From the NCBI GenBank assembly GCA_034226945.1, contig CP120457.1:62001-126000 (forward strand): 64,000 nucleotides of DNA, read 5' to 3'. The position numbers and the translations under genes were made by a program. Source of the stretch: Picochlorum sp. SENEW3 (Eukaryota). Positions 23,589-35,659 of this stretch are shown piece by piece; the stretch's first letter is position 1; the number at the start of each line of letters is the position of its first letter. Below the pieces are notes generated by a model that saw nothing but the letters and a program-made list of their open reading frames with translations, was not told the DNA's origin and searched no databases.

Positions 23589-24165
23589 GGGACTCTCTCG
23601 CGAGTTTAACTAGTTCATCCAATTACAAGCACATATTCATGAAAATTTAATGATATAATGGCTGCACTTTTGATTAATTCATGAGAGCATATGCATGTGT
23701 TGTTTAGAACTTTTCAAAAATAGATCATTTAAAATTTGCAGCTTTCCAGCCCAAGGTACTTCATTCATATATACGAATGAAATTTACATCCATTTATATG
23801 GACAGGAGGTAAAGTAATACACCATTCCACGGAAAAACGCGTGTTCATGGGAAACTCGACCCCCCAGTACAGTCGTGGCACAGTCCTCAGGTAGGGTATC
23901 TTGGACTCTGCAGCCTCATTCGCAGATCTATCATGCAACATATCTTTGTTTAATATGTCGTGTAGGGCGATAGCCGCAGGCTGTCTTGTTCTTGGGTCAA
24001 AGGCAACGATGGTGTTGAAGTCTGGAGGAGGAGCAGCAAAAGGCTTGAGCCTTCTTCTCGGCGGAGGTGCAGCCGCAGCAGCCGCATATCAGAGTAAAAC
24101 CAATCAACAGCAGCAGCAAGAGCAATAAGATTATCGTAGCGATGCATCATATAATAATAATAAAA

Positions 24166-25959
24166 TTATTCACTACTATGTGCTCGGTCATCAAAAAATT
24201 CCAGTTCGCTTTCATGGTTTGTTAAGAAGGATTTGAATTCTCCAAAGCTCAATACACCGTCTCCATCAATATCCGCTTCGCGGATAGCGGCATCAACAAG
24301 GTCCTCTACATCGCATCCCTCGTCACCACACAAGAGCCGTTCGACATCCTCCACTCCCAGCGAGTCATCATTATCTATGTCCGCAGCCTCAAAGACTTCT
24401 GCAAGAAGGTGTTCCCACTCACTTGTGTCTCTAACAGATTTCCATTCTGTCATTGCTGCACACCAATCTGCAGGATCCACAGCGTCGTCTTCATCAAACG
24501 TCATTTGCAACAACAATTGCTCTGCCTCCTGGTGTGACAGGTCAAACTCCTCCCCCTGCAATGTATTTCTCAAATCCATTCGCGTTATGCGGCCATCAGG
24601 TAACCCAGTCACTCCTAAATTCTTCATTCCATCGGATAGCGCAGTGGAAAGAGGTGATTGAGTCGCCACATGTGCCATCTTTCTTAATGCCCTCTGCTTC
24701 AAGAGACCATATGTGCCAAACCTCTGAAGCCTCTGCACGAACGTCTTCTGCCGCACGACTTTCTCGTCACCTCCATTTAATTTCGTGATCCATTCATGTT
24801 GCAATGCTTGGGCCGCTGTGGGCCTGTTTTCTGGATTTCTCTGAAGCATTTGCTGCACCAAATCCTTGGCATCACTCGGCAAATGCTGCCATGTCTCATC
24901 GGAGAAATCCAATTCAGAGTATAAAATAGCACGGAAAATATCTTTATTGGCACATGCCCCTCCCTTCATGAACTCCTCAGCGACTTCGCCTCCCTCTTCT
25001 CCAGAGAATGGGAGGGCTCCGGTCAAAATCAAATAGGCCACTACCCCAACGCTCCACATATCTGCCTCTAATCCGTAATCACACCTCAGCACCTCGGGAG
25101 CAACGTACATTGGGGTCCCCGCTCTCATATCCACCTTTTCCCCCGGTTCGCAGAACACAGACACCCCAAAATCAATGGCCTTGAGTGGGGCCTTCTTGTG
25201 ATCCTTTGTCGCAAATAAAAAGTTATCAGGCTTCACATCCCGTATCATCACCCCTTGTGAATGACAAAGAGCAACCACACGAAGAATATCTCTCACCAAA
25301 CGACGCATTTCTTCTTCCGTGTACAACTCAGTCTCTGAGCACATGATGGCATCCCAGAGAGTTCCTCCCTCACACAACTCCATCACAATATCCACCTTGC
25401 CTTCGTCCTCGTACACCTCATAAACATACGCAATATTCAAACTTCTTCCAAGATGGTTCCCTATATCCACCTCATTTCGAACCCTTCTGACATAATATCG
25501 ATCCAAAGTCCCAGTAGGTCCAAAACGCTTTGGCATCCTCTTCACAGCAAACTGCTGCTGGGACCCTATTTCGATCACCCTGTACACTTTGCCAAATGTC
25601 CCCGACCCAATGGACTCCCCCAACTCATACTTCTTCTCGAACCCTGAGAGGTACCCAAAATGCTTGGCGGGTTCGTCGTTAGTGTGATATAGATTCTTGT
25701 GGCCCTTGAAACTACGCAGCTGTGTGGGTACGTGTCTTGACTTATAGTGACCATATTTACGAAATGAACCCTCTGTAGTCCCTCGAATTCCATGCATTCC
25801 CCGCGTGGAAGGGTAAGGGTTGGGGCAATTCCTGTGATCAAGAATCTCACGAACTGTGGAAACCCATGGCCGTGATGCCACGTTGTATGCCATTATGGTC
25901 GTTTTAGTACACAAAGAATACGTACATAGACCAACGGACTGGGTCCACGGAGATTTCAT
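24166..25959 (-). CDS. Calcium-dependent protein kinase (kinase domain plus EF hands)
   Basis: GSGTFGKV, VMELCEGG, RDVKPDNFL, IDFG, GTPMYVAPE, junction QRLQRFG, EF hands DIDNDDSLGVED and DIDGDGVLSFGE. Start may be the Met near 25893. Confidence 0.92.
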   Translation of the reverse strand: MKSPWTQSVGLCTYSLCTKTTIMAYNVASRPWVSTVREILDHRNCPNPYPSTRGMHGIRGTTEGSFRKYGHYKSRHVPTQLRSFKGHKNLYHTNDEPAKHFGYLSGFEKKYELGESIGSGTFGKVYRVIEIGSQQQFAVKRMPKRFGPTGTLDRYYVRRVRNEVDIGNHLGRSLNIAYVYEVYEDEGKVDIVMELCEGGTLWDAIMCSETELYTEEEMRRLVRDILRVVALCHSQGVMIRDVKPDNFLFATKDHKKAPLKAIDFGVSVFCEPGEKVDMRAGTPMYVAPEVLRCDYGLEADMWSVGVVAYLILTGALPFSGEEGGEVAEEFMKGGACANKDIFRAILYSELDFSDETWQHLPSDAKDLVQQMLQRNPENRPTAAQALQHEWITKLNGGDEKVVRQKTFVQRLQRFGTYGLLKQRALRKMAHVATQSPLSTALSDGMKNLGVTGLPDGRITRMDLRNTLQGEEFDLSHQEAEQLLLQMTFDEDDAVDPADWCAAMTEWKSVRDTSEWEHLLAEVFEAADIDNDDSLGVEDVERLLCGDEGCDVEDLVDAAIREADIDGDGVLSFGEFKSFLTNHESELEFFDDRAHSSE

Positions 25960-26075
25960 GCTGGGGGGGGACCGGTCGTTAGAACATGCTAATTTAGGAA
26001 CTTAAGGAATTTTGTTTCCCACATGGTGCGATGCGTGACAGGACTATTCAGCTTATTTTTGACACAAAGAATACA

Positions 26076-27987
26076 ATGGTCGGGTCCCAGCATCATCCAT
26101 CCCAACGAGGTCTTCGAGAGATTGTCCATTTCTACGTCACACGGTTGCTTGACACCGGAGAACTGCTTCATTCGCCTCATGATTCGAAGCAGCATATGAA
26201 GGTTTTAATAGTTGATGATGATACAATTAGATATGTATCCACAGTGATGAGTCAGCGGGAGATTTTGGACTTGGGAGTGTATTTGACTGAAAAGGTTGAC
26301 AAGACTGGGTCTTCCCTTTCCTCTGACAGCATGAGTGTGGAAGGGATCCCATATCCTCATATGATTGCTGTCTACTTTGTGAGACCTACCAAGTCCAATA
26401 TCGCGATGATACGGAGGGAGTTGCGGGAGCCTCGGTTTGGAAAGTATTTATTATGTACGTGCAAAGTCATCCGTCTCCATGATCTGGCATCCATTGTCGC
26501 TACCTGGTTGTGCGTGTGTAGATTTTAGTAATATTGTATCCGATATGAGACTGCAAGATATAGCGGAAGGGGATATTCACGGCGCTGTCGTTGAAGTGAG
26601 GGAGGCTTTTGGAGATTTTGTGGCATTGGATCCTCATCATTTTTATATTCCCATCACACAAACGTACATGGCCTTGGCGCCGATGAATTTGGACTTTGGA
26701 GCATCTTCCGATATGGTTGATAGGATAACAGAGGGCATTGCGTCGGTGATGCTGTCGTATCGGCAGAGATTCATGATACGATTTCAGGCTGCCAGCGAGG
26801 TGGCTGGCAGAGTAGCATCATCACTGCACCAGCTGACGCAGCAGGATCAGCGAGAGTTATTCGATTTTGGGTCTCGAGATGGTCAATATCCGATATTGTT
26901 ATTATTAGACAGAAAACAGGATCCTGTGACCCCGCTGCTGAGTCAATGGACATACCAAGCAATGATTCACCAGGTGTTGGGTATTAGGGACAACATTGTG
27001 CAGCTGCCACCAGATGCCTTGGCGACCCCTCGGCATGATGGTGCCTCGACGGATGAGTTCGTGGTGTCCTCGGCACACGATGGCTTTTTTAAAAAGAATA
27101 TGTACGCCAATTTTGGAGATGTAGGCATGGCCATCAAGAATCTGGTTGATCAGGTGAGCTCGGACCATAAGACTGCAAAAGGTTTTGATTCAATAAATGA
27201 CATAGCAGAGTTTGTCGAGCATCTTCCGGAGACGACGCAGCAGCAAGGAATGACAGCAAAACATGTATCTATTATGAGTGCATTGTCGCGCGAAGTAGAG
27301 GAACGCAGCCTCATGACTGTCTCTGGAGTCGAGCAGGACGTTAGTTGTCAGGCATCCAGTCCTGTGGGACACTACGAGGCAGTCTCGCTCCTATTACGGA
27401 ATCCATCCATTGCACCATCTGATAAAGCGAAACTTGTGCTTTTATACGCACTTCGGTATGACGAGGAAGCTCCTCAGCAAACATCGTCGCTGTTTGGTGC
27501 CATGGAAGGAATCTGTGATGGCATGTTGCTCGACACGATGCGATACATCAGAAAGACCTGGTCCACTCAGGGCAAAACCTTGGACCTCTTTTCTGACAAA
27601 ACCCTCTCCTCACGATTCGCCAGTCTCGCAAAGCAACATCTAAAAGGAGTAGAAAACGTGTACACGCAACACAAGCCAGCCTTCATGTCTGTTCTAGAAA
27701 AGGCAGCCAAAGGACGCCTGCCAACGTCAGAGTACCCATTTGTGAAAGAGACTGAGGCAGCAAAAGCACAGACAAAAGGCAGCAGACTCATCATCGCCTT
27801 TATTATCGGCGGTTCAACGTATGAGGAAGCCAAATCTGTATGGGAAATGAACTCGGGTTCCTCGGAACATTCTGTGCCAGGAGTCCATGTAATCCTTGGG
27901 AGCACAGGCGTTCAAAGCAGTGACAGTTTCATGCAGGATCTCTCCGAAGTTCGTCGACTAGAAATGTACAAAACATCCAGAAGATAG
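26076..27987 (+). CDS. VPS45: Sec1/Munc18 family protein VPS45
   Basis: MKVLIVD...SQREIL, YFVRPT..N, intron ~26456..26521, LLDRKQDPVTPLLSQWTYQAMIH, NVYTQHKP, FIIGGSTYEEA. Confidence 0.92.
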
Positions 27988-28183
27988 TTTTAAAATCTAT
28001 TTATTAGACTGTAATCGACATTTGCGATTGTTGTACAGAAACCAAGACAGCTTTTGAAGGGATGGGACATATTCGAGACTGTATACACACGAGATGAGCA
28101 TCTGATTCGCATGACACGGCATTGCTTGTATCTTTTAAAATGAATGTATCATAGCCATAACAATCAGGCCAGAGGAGAGCATC

Positions 28184-29359
28184 ATGCAGGAGAAGAATGT
28201 CATGATGGAAGAAACTCCTGTATTTGTCCGGGTACGACTCTGGATGCACTGGATGTGGTGGTATTCAACCAGAAATAGTTATACGAGTGATATGGTGTGT
28301 GCAGGAGCTTGCTGCAGGGGGCTTTGCTGGGGCCGTTGCCAAGTCTGTGGTGGCACCTTTGGAACGCTGTAAAATCTTGTATCAAGTACGTTTTTTTTCT
28401 TCAAAATAATGGTCGCATGGTGTTTTGAGGTGGTGATGCTACACATGTAATTGCAGACGGGAAAGTTACATCACACGGGTATGCTGCCCACGATGCGATC
28501 CATTGTCAAGGGCGAAGGTGTTCGTGGCTTGTTCAAGGGGAATGGTGCATCAGTCCTTCGAATCGTGCCGTATTCGGCAATTCACTTTGGGTTGTACGAA
28601 TACTATCGGCGATATTTCGTTCGAATAGCATATGGAGAGGATGTGCCGATACACATCTCGCCCATTGTTGATCTGTGTGCAGGGTCAAGTTCAGGGGCAA
28701 CTGCAGTTCTCCTGACATACCCGTTGGACTTTGTGCGAACGCGTCTTGCGTACATATCGGAGAGTGGTAGCATCCCTACAGAAGGATATCGTCATAAAAA
28801 CAATTATGGAGGTACCAAGGGTTTGAAATTTAGTTCGGGTCGCGAGACGATTAGAACTGTGCTACAGAGTACGCTGAAGCGGGAAGGTCTCCGTGGTCTG
28901 TACCATGGGATTGGGCCTTCCATGTATGGTATTCTGCCCTATGCTGGACTTAAATTCTTCGTGTATCAGCACTTAAAACAGCTGTATTGGCAATATGGGG
29001 ATCCGCGTGATCTGAACGAGATGGATCCCCATGATGCAAAGCGTCAAAGACTCTCTGTGCCCCTCATGCTCTGCTTTGGGGGCGTGGCTGGTCTGGTTGC
29101 TCAGACAGCGACGTATCCTATAGATGTGGTTAGACGGCGGATGCAGGTTGAAGGTCTCAAGGTTATGGAGTTCGGAAAGCAGGAAATTTTACCCCGCTCA
29201 ACACCAGCAGCACTGATGAGGATAGCGCAACTGGAAGGGTGGGGATCGCTCTTCTCTGGATTGTCAATTAATTACATGAAAGTTATTCCCTCGACTGCAA
29301 TTGGGTTTAGTTTGTACGATTTCTTAAAGTCCCAGTTGAATTTATCGTCCAATTTATAG
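28184..29359 (+). CDS. Mitochondrial carrier family protein, CoA-carrier-like (three exons)
   Basis: ELAAGGFAGAVAKSVVAPLERCKILYQ, FKGNGASVLRIVPYSAIHF, TYPLDFVRTRL, YPIDVVRRRMQ signatures. Confidence 0.88.
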
Positions 29360-29369
29360 TAGTATCATT

Positions 29370-30444
29370 TTAAAATGTCATGTTGTGCACTTCATCTCTG
29401 ATGTCATCAAACAATGCAGAGGAGAGGTATCGTTCCCCAAAGGATGGAATGATGACCACAATATTCTTTCCTTTGTTTTCGGGCCTCTTAGCCACCTTCA
29501 AGGCAGCGGTCACGGCGGCACCAGAGGAAATGCCTACAAATACGCCCTCCTCGGTCGCAAGACGCCTTGCCATCTTCATGGCATCCTCGCTACTTACAGT
29601 GACGGCTTCATCAACAATTTTCGTGTCCAAATTCTTTGGAATAAAGCCTGCACCGATTCCTTGGATTTTATGTGGTCCAGGTCGACCCCCACTGATGACC
29701 GGACTCTCCTCAGGCTCAACAGCAATCACCTGGCAGTCTGGGTTCTTTTCCTTCAAAAATTTACCTGTGCCAGACAAGGTCCCCCCGGTACCAACACCAC
29801 CAACAAGGATATCGACATCTCCGTCCATTCCCTTCCAAATCTCTGGACCAGTCGTTTCGTAATGCACCTGTGGGTTGGCTGGATTCTCAAACTGCTGAAG
29901 AATGTATGAGTTTGGTGTCTTGGCCGCAATTTCTGTTGCTGTGTCAATTGCAGCCTTCATTCCCTTGGCAGGATCTGTCACAACCAATTCCGCCCCAAAA
30001 GCACGCAAAAGAATTCTCCTCTCCATGGACATGCTTGCTGGCATCGTCAATATCAGCTTGTAGCCCTTTGCTGCTGCAATGAAGGCCAAAGCAATACCTG
30101 TGTTTCCAGAAGTGGGCTCCACCAACGTCGTCTTCCCGGGTTCGATTTTCCCCTCCTTCTCCGCAGCTTCAATCATTGCCAAGCCAATGCGATCCTTTAC
30201 ACTGGAACATGGCTCCATGGACTCCAATTTAGCAATGATATTTGCCCCTCGCCCCTCCTTATCCACCTTGAGTTTCAACAAAGGCGTATTCCCTGAACAA
30301 AGCAGACGTGTGTAATCGCCAAACATCCAAATTTATTTTACTCCTGGGCAGTGTCTACATAGAACAAAGAGTGATAAACGTACCGATAAGGTCGGAAATG
30401 TTTTCGGCTACGGCAGTCCGAGGCTTGCTACTGGAAGAACCCAT
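29370..30444 (-). CDS. Cysteine synthase, O-acetylserine(thiol)lyase
   Basis: Exon 1 [21 protein letters not shown], intron 30293..30383, then NTPL...SSVKDRI (PLP Lys), [32 protein letters not shown]. Confidence 0.95.
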
Positions 30445-30748
30445 ATCGTATTACGCTTCTTTCTCTCTCAGATGATCTACTCGTTGCAATTGTATTATTG
30501 TAATTTGAAAATACCATGTCTCTGCCACCTTCTGATGCCTGAGTGCCTATGAAAGTGTCCAAATCTGTCGTATTCGGATGAACACGCCATTGGACCGGAC
30601 GTGTCGGTATTTCCATTTCCATCCTGGCCGTGAGATGGTTCGCCACGCTTGTTATTTCCTCTCAGCGCTGAATCGCTAGCGATACATTGGAATTAAAAAA
30701 TAGAATGTACATTGTAAATGCCATGCCGTCACCGTAGATGCCGGATTC

Positions 30749-31990
30749 ATGAACCTTGTAATATTCAAACTTTGGTATTTGTTATACTTTGCTGCGAATA
30801 GTTGTTTGAATCCGTTTCTAAATGTGATATTTCGGCGTTATGGCATGCAAGAGCAAGTAATTGGTGGAATTGCTCTGCTGAGGCCTCTCATCGGCCTTCC
30901 GGGAGGCATCATTTTCTCAGCAGTGGCAGACAAGTACAGGAAGCATGCTGTGCTGCTGCTGCTCTGTCTGGCTGTGTCCACGCTCATGCGATCCATGTTG
31001 TACTACTATTCAAGCATGGTGAGTCATATAATAGTTTTAGTGTTGATCTCTGGTGCGACGAGTGCTCCATGTACCACTATTATGGATTCCGCATGCTCAG
31101 CGGCCTGTTCAGTGGAGGGTGAAGCATATGCTAGGCAGCGTATGTTCGGTGCGATTGGCTGGGGAACGTTTAGTTTTGTATCTGGATCGTGTATTGATAT
31201 GTTTGGAATCGCGGCGGCGTTTATTTTGCACGGGGTGTTGATGGTTGGAACTGCTGGGCCAACATACAAGGTGGACTTTGGGCCATTAGAAGGAAAGCTA
31301 CACGCGCACAGGGAGCACGCGGCGCAGCCGAGTTTTTCCGAAAAGATTTATATTTTATGGAGCAATATCGATGCACGAGTGTTCTTCTTTATGACGTTGA
31401 TCATGGGGACTGCTGTTGGAACTATTGAAGGGTTTTTGTTTTTGTACATTGAAGATTTGGGAGGGAGTTCGGCCCTCATGGGGCTCACGCTGACCGTCAC
31501 TTGCGTGTCTGAGACAATTGTATTTTACTTCTCAAGCCATATCATCAATTTTCTAGGGATATCAAGATCGATTCATGTTTGTTTTTTGGCATTCTTTGTG
31601 CGGCTCACAGCATATGTATCTATGATGTATTGGCCTAGTGTTTGGTTTGTGCTGCCAGTTGAACTGCTGCATGGACTTACATTTGGATTGACCTGGTCCG
31701 TTGGGACAAAGAAAAGTCAGCTGTTGTCTCCTCCTGGACTGGAGGCAACAACCCAGAGTGTCTTCCAGGGATGCATGTTTGGCTTGGGATATGGGCTGGG
31801 GGGTCTTCTGGGGGGTTCCGTTTACAGTCACATTGGGGCTACAGCAACATTTGTCGTAGAGCTATGTATTTTATCTTTGGGTTGGATAGGGTCAGCATGG
31901 GCTGAGTATATGTTGCTGCAACCTGCTGCACCATTGAAACCAAAGTACTCTGGACCAGATCTGCATCATATTGAATTGGCAACATCCTAG
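30749..31990 (+). CDS. Major facilitator superfamily transporter (MFSD6-like)
   Basis: About 12 hydrophobic segments; YARQRMFGAIGWG, FLFLYIEDLGGS, VELLHGLTF. Confidence 0.85.
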   Translation: MNLVIFKLWYLLYFAANSCLNPFLNVIFRRYGMQEQVIGGIALLRPLIGLPGGIIFSAVADKYRKHAVLLLLCLAVSTLMRSMLYYYSSMVSHIIVLVLISGATSAPCTTIMDSACSAACSVEGEAYARQRMFGAIGWGTFSFVSGSCIDMFGIAAAFILHGVLMVGTAGPTYKVDFGPLEGKLHAHREHAAQPSFSEKIYILWSNIDARVFFFMTLIMGTAVGTIEGFLFLYIEDLGGSSALMGLTLTVTCVSETIVFYFSSHIINFLGISRSIHVCFLAFFVRLTAYVSMMYWPSVWFVLPVELLHGLTFGLTWSVGTKKSQLLSPPGLEATTQSVFQGCMFGLGYGLGGLLGGSVYSHIGATATFVVELCILSLGWIGSAWAEYMLLQPAAPLKPKYSGPDLHHIELATS

Positions 31991-32288
31991 GGTACGTCAT
32001 CTGAAAATAATTGTTATTTGTCTACCGACTCGGTGGTGATTTGGCAATAGAGTGTCTGCACAGCATTATGGCAATGCAGACTATGGATCCTGGATGGACA
32101 TGGGCATGAATGCACCATTCAGTGCCATTCCATGGAGCCAGCACAATTCATTCTATGTGTTATTTGCCTATAATAATATTAACATTGAACAATGCGCCGG
32201 GTTTTGCTGATCTGAGTATCAATCAGTGGATAGTTACATGCATTGAACATTCAATCAATTTCATTGTGCAGGTACATGTTTTTTGATT

Positions 32289-32972
32289 TCATTGATTCTT
32301 TTCTCTGATATTCTCTAGAATCTCCTGAATGAGTATAGAGTTTCTCAGGTGTCTGGGTGGGAACACGTTTCCCTGCATCTCATGGAAGATCTCCAGATTA
32401 TCCACGAGCTTGTGCACAATGTTGCAATCTTCACAACGGACAAACACAGACCCGTTCGTCCACGCGTGAGGATTCACGGGCCTATTTTCATTTCTATGGG
32501 AACATATATTGCATGTAAAAGAGACTCTGGCGGTTCGCCGGGGATGCCGAGTCATCTGGCCTTCCTCCTCCTCCTCATTCTGCTGCCCTTGTGGAACAAT
32601 AGCAAGCCCCACATTGTCTGATCCACCACCATGCTGAGAAATACCAGGAACCAAAACAGACAATGCCTCCTGTGTCCTCCCTCTCACAGTAGACAATGCT
32701 GTATCCTCCCTTGTCTGTTGTTGGACAACAACGTCGGTTGGTCCGTTTGCCAGAGTTAAACCCTCCCCACCAATTTTGGGTCGCTCAATCACGAATTGGT
32801 CACCGTAGATAATTTGGACACTTTTCTTATTTCGATGCGAATTCAACCACCAATATTCCCCACCCGGCAGCCTCAGTGGATAGTCTCCACTGTCGGGTCG
32901 AGTTGCCCAAGCCTTGCTCTTCGCTGTCGAGGGGCCAAACTTGGTTTTACAGATATATTGCATTGAATTCAT
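32289..32972 (-). CDS. DNL-type zinc-finger protein (HEP/Zim17-like)
   Basis: FTCNIC...NPHAWTNGSVFVRCEDCNIVHKLVDNL. Confidence 0.85.
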   Translation of the reverse strand: MNSMQYICKTKFGPSTAKSKAWATRPDSGDYPLRLPGGEYWWLNSHRNKKSVQIIYGDQFVIERPKIGGEGLTLANGPTDVVVQQQTREDTALSTVRGRTQEALSVLVPGISQHGGGSDNVGLAIVPQGQQNEEEEEGQMTRHPRRTARVSFTCNICSHRNENRPVNPHAWTNGSVFVRCEDCNIVHKLVDNLEIFHEMQGNVFPPRHLRNSILIQEILENIREKNQ

Positions 32973-32985
32973 TTTAATAATTTAA

Positions 32986-34312
32986 TTACTGAATAAGACC
33001 TTTACTTTTAGCCATAGTCAAGGCTTTGTCAGCGAGTCTTAGGGCTTCTTCGACATGGTTGTTTGACGACTTCGACTGGGTCACATGGAATACGACGAGG
33101 TCCTCGACATGATCAATCTCAGCTGGTAATCGTCCCTCTCCAATCATGGTTGCTACTATATCTTGAGTTCTATCCCTTGATATGTGGAGTAGGTCCGCCA
33201 ATGATGCTACGGTAATGTTACTGTACAGTTTGGAGCATGCCTCCAGGTTGTGTTGGATCACTGCCATGTCCAGCGCTGTTGATCCGTCTGCAGTCTCGGT
33301 GTCCACGTGATTCTTTGAAAGACTCTTGGAGAATGCTTCCACATCCTCAGAGGATAATAGCCTCTCCAGAAAAACCTTTTCCAGTATGGAATACAAAGGT
33401 GTCAGAGCACTCCTCTCATCCTTGTACAGTGTGGACAGGAGGCGTGATCTCTGTGGGCCTGCTGCCGCCAATATGGCGCATTTAATGGATAATTCAAGCG
33501 CTTGAAGTCTCTCTTGCGAGTCAATCGTAGATTCAAACGTACTCAAGTCATAATATCGTGCGGATGCCTCTGTGAATTTCCTCTTGGTGTCCAGAATCCT
33601 AGCGTAGCAGGACTGGTACTGAAAAATCAGTGACTGGTCATTCGTTGTCGTCAAAAGAGAAGAAGCCTTCTTGATATACATATCAGCCAAGGTGATATTA
33701 CCATCCTCCAAGTACAAGGCGGCTATCTTGACATACTTGCCCAACTTGTATCCAGAGTCAACCACTCGCATACCAGACTCAAGGTCAATCCTGGCAAGGG
33801 TGTTTGCTGCCTCGCTCCACTCCTCTTGCTGTTGAAATAGTTCAGACAGATATTCGCACATTTTCATCAGCGGCTCCTCATAGCTCACGGCACGAGGTTG
33901 AATCCGTTCAATCACACTGCAACAACACACTAGTAGTACATAGTACATGCTTCAAATTCCGGGTCATGACTGATACCGTACAATTGAGAGAGAACCTGTT
34001 GCAATTCTTTAGGTAGAGAAGGCATGCATTCTGATAAATTTGTGATCAGAGCTCTGCTCATGACCAAAGGTACAGACTCTGACAGCACTGCAAATACACA
34101 TAGAACCAGTTGGAGCAACGTATGACCCAATATCTTGCATCCCCAATAAGGTAATACTCACCGTGGTCTACATAGGATTTACAGGATTCGATATCCTCAT
34201 TCTGAATTGCTCGCAGAATAAACTCTTGATATTTTGACTGGCGTTTCGTTGCATCTTCTACGCCACTAATGTCCTCGAGAGCCTGATGAGATTGGTGATC
34301 TGAATCCATCAT
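32986..34312 (-). CDS. CSN4: COP9 signalosome subunit 4 (spliced)
   Basis: LSESVPLVMSR, QPRAVSYEE, ARILDTKRKF, LAAAGPQRSRLLSTLYKDER, HNLEACSKLYSNI (PCI domain). Confidence 0.92.
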
Positions 34313-34521
34313 ATATACGCATTACTGAATCGAGTTTTGAAAACAGCCTTTGAGCAGACTGCTTCCTTCCCTTGTGTGTTGCTGAATATTTATTTAATGT
34401 TCCATTTACGACATACACTCCCATTGGTTTTGATTCAACACAGAGATGCAGTCCTTTCATTGTAAAAATTTTCTCATCTTTTCTATTGATATGACGGTTG
34501 GTTGATACGTGGCAGCGCAAC

Positions 34522-35649
34522 ATGCCACCCCGGCAGAGAAGGAACGTTCCTGCTACTGGTGGTGGCAACAAGAAAAACGACAGGGTCCCTGTTGCAGCAG
34601 CCTCTGGCTTGACGCCATATCTTCTGATTTACTTGGGGACTGGTGTGGTCATTAGTTTATGGAGTCAGCGCATCACAAACCTACGGTTCTTCTCCTTTGA
34701 AGCTCATGTGCTGCCATGGGTCAAGTTCACATCGTCTCTGTGCACTGGTGTTTTGATGGGCCGAGGTGTTGGTCTGTTTCGCCATGACCGCGTTACCAGG
34801 AGGCAGCGGACTCTTATGGTGATCATGGGGCTGTTGGAAACGACGGCGTACGTCTTCTTCTGTCTGGGCTTTGGGTTCTGTGGAGCTGGCACCACAGCGG
34901 TCATACTACCTGCTCTTGGTCAGATTCTGACAGCAGCATCTACAAGGTTTTTGCTATCAAAGCGCCTCCCCATGATGAAATACGCAGCGGTACTGTGTGT
35001 TACTGTTGGAATTTTAAGCAAAGCATGGGATGTTGATATGCTGGGGGGTGGTGCTGAGTGTCTGCAAGGGATGCTTTGTCTTGTTGTGGCAGCAACATGC
35101 TACAGCCTTCTAGGAGTCTCATACGAGGCTTTAGTGAGTACAAAAGGTGCCCCTGTGCCATCACATTCTCATATTATGCTACATTCGAGCATTATCGGAA
35201 CAGTGCTGAGCAGCGCATATGAGGTGATCTACGTGTTTCCTCGCTGGAATGAGTTGATACAACAGCCATTGGAGTCCAGCGGTGTGCCAGCAAGCCATGC
35301 AATCCTGATGGTTGCCGTGTTCGGAGCCATGTATAATGTCCATACATTCGCCCAAGGTCTCGTATTTCAATCCGACGGAGCGCTTGGAGTGGGACTTGCC
35401 AATGCTGTACGGGGATCAATCATCAACGTTGCAGCATCGCTCCTGTTCTGTCCATCACATGCCCATCGTATCCACGATTGCCTATCGGTCACATCTCTTC
35501 TCTCTGGACTCATGGCTACCACTGGAGGTGTCATGTGGACTCTATCTGGATCTGTCCAGCATTATAAAGAAGCCAAGAACCATAGTAATAATACTAAGGA
35601 GAATCAGAAGAGTCAAGACTTGGTTGACAAGAAAGAGAAAAAACAATGA
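34522..35649 (+). CDS. Multi-pass membrane protein, probable drug/metabolite transporter superfamily
   Basis: About 9-10 hydrophobic helices, QILTA...FLLSKRL pattern, C-terminal dilysine-rich KKEKKQ. Confidence 0.6.
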   Translation: MPPRQRRNVPATGGGNKKNDRVPVAAASGLTPYLLIYLGTGVVISLWSQRITNLRFFSFEAHVLPWVKFTSSLCTGVLMGRGVGLFRHDRVTRRQRTLMVIMGLLETTAYVFFCLGFGFCGAGTTAVILPALGQILTAASTRFLLSKRLPMMKYAAVLCVTVGILSKAWDVDMLGGGAECLQGMLCLVVAATCYSLLGVSYEALVSTKGAPVPSHSHIMLHSSIIGTVLSSAYEVIYVFPRWNELIQQPLESSGVPASHAILMVAVFGAMYNVHTFAQGLVFQSDGALGVGLANAVRGSIINVAASLLFCPSHAHRIHDCLSVTSLLSGLMATTGGVMWTLSGSVQHYKEAKNHSNNTKENQKSQDLVDKKEKKQ

Positions 35650-35659
35650 ATATTTATTA

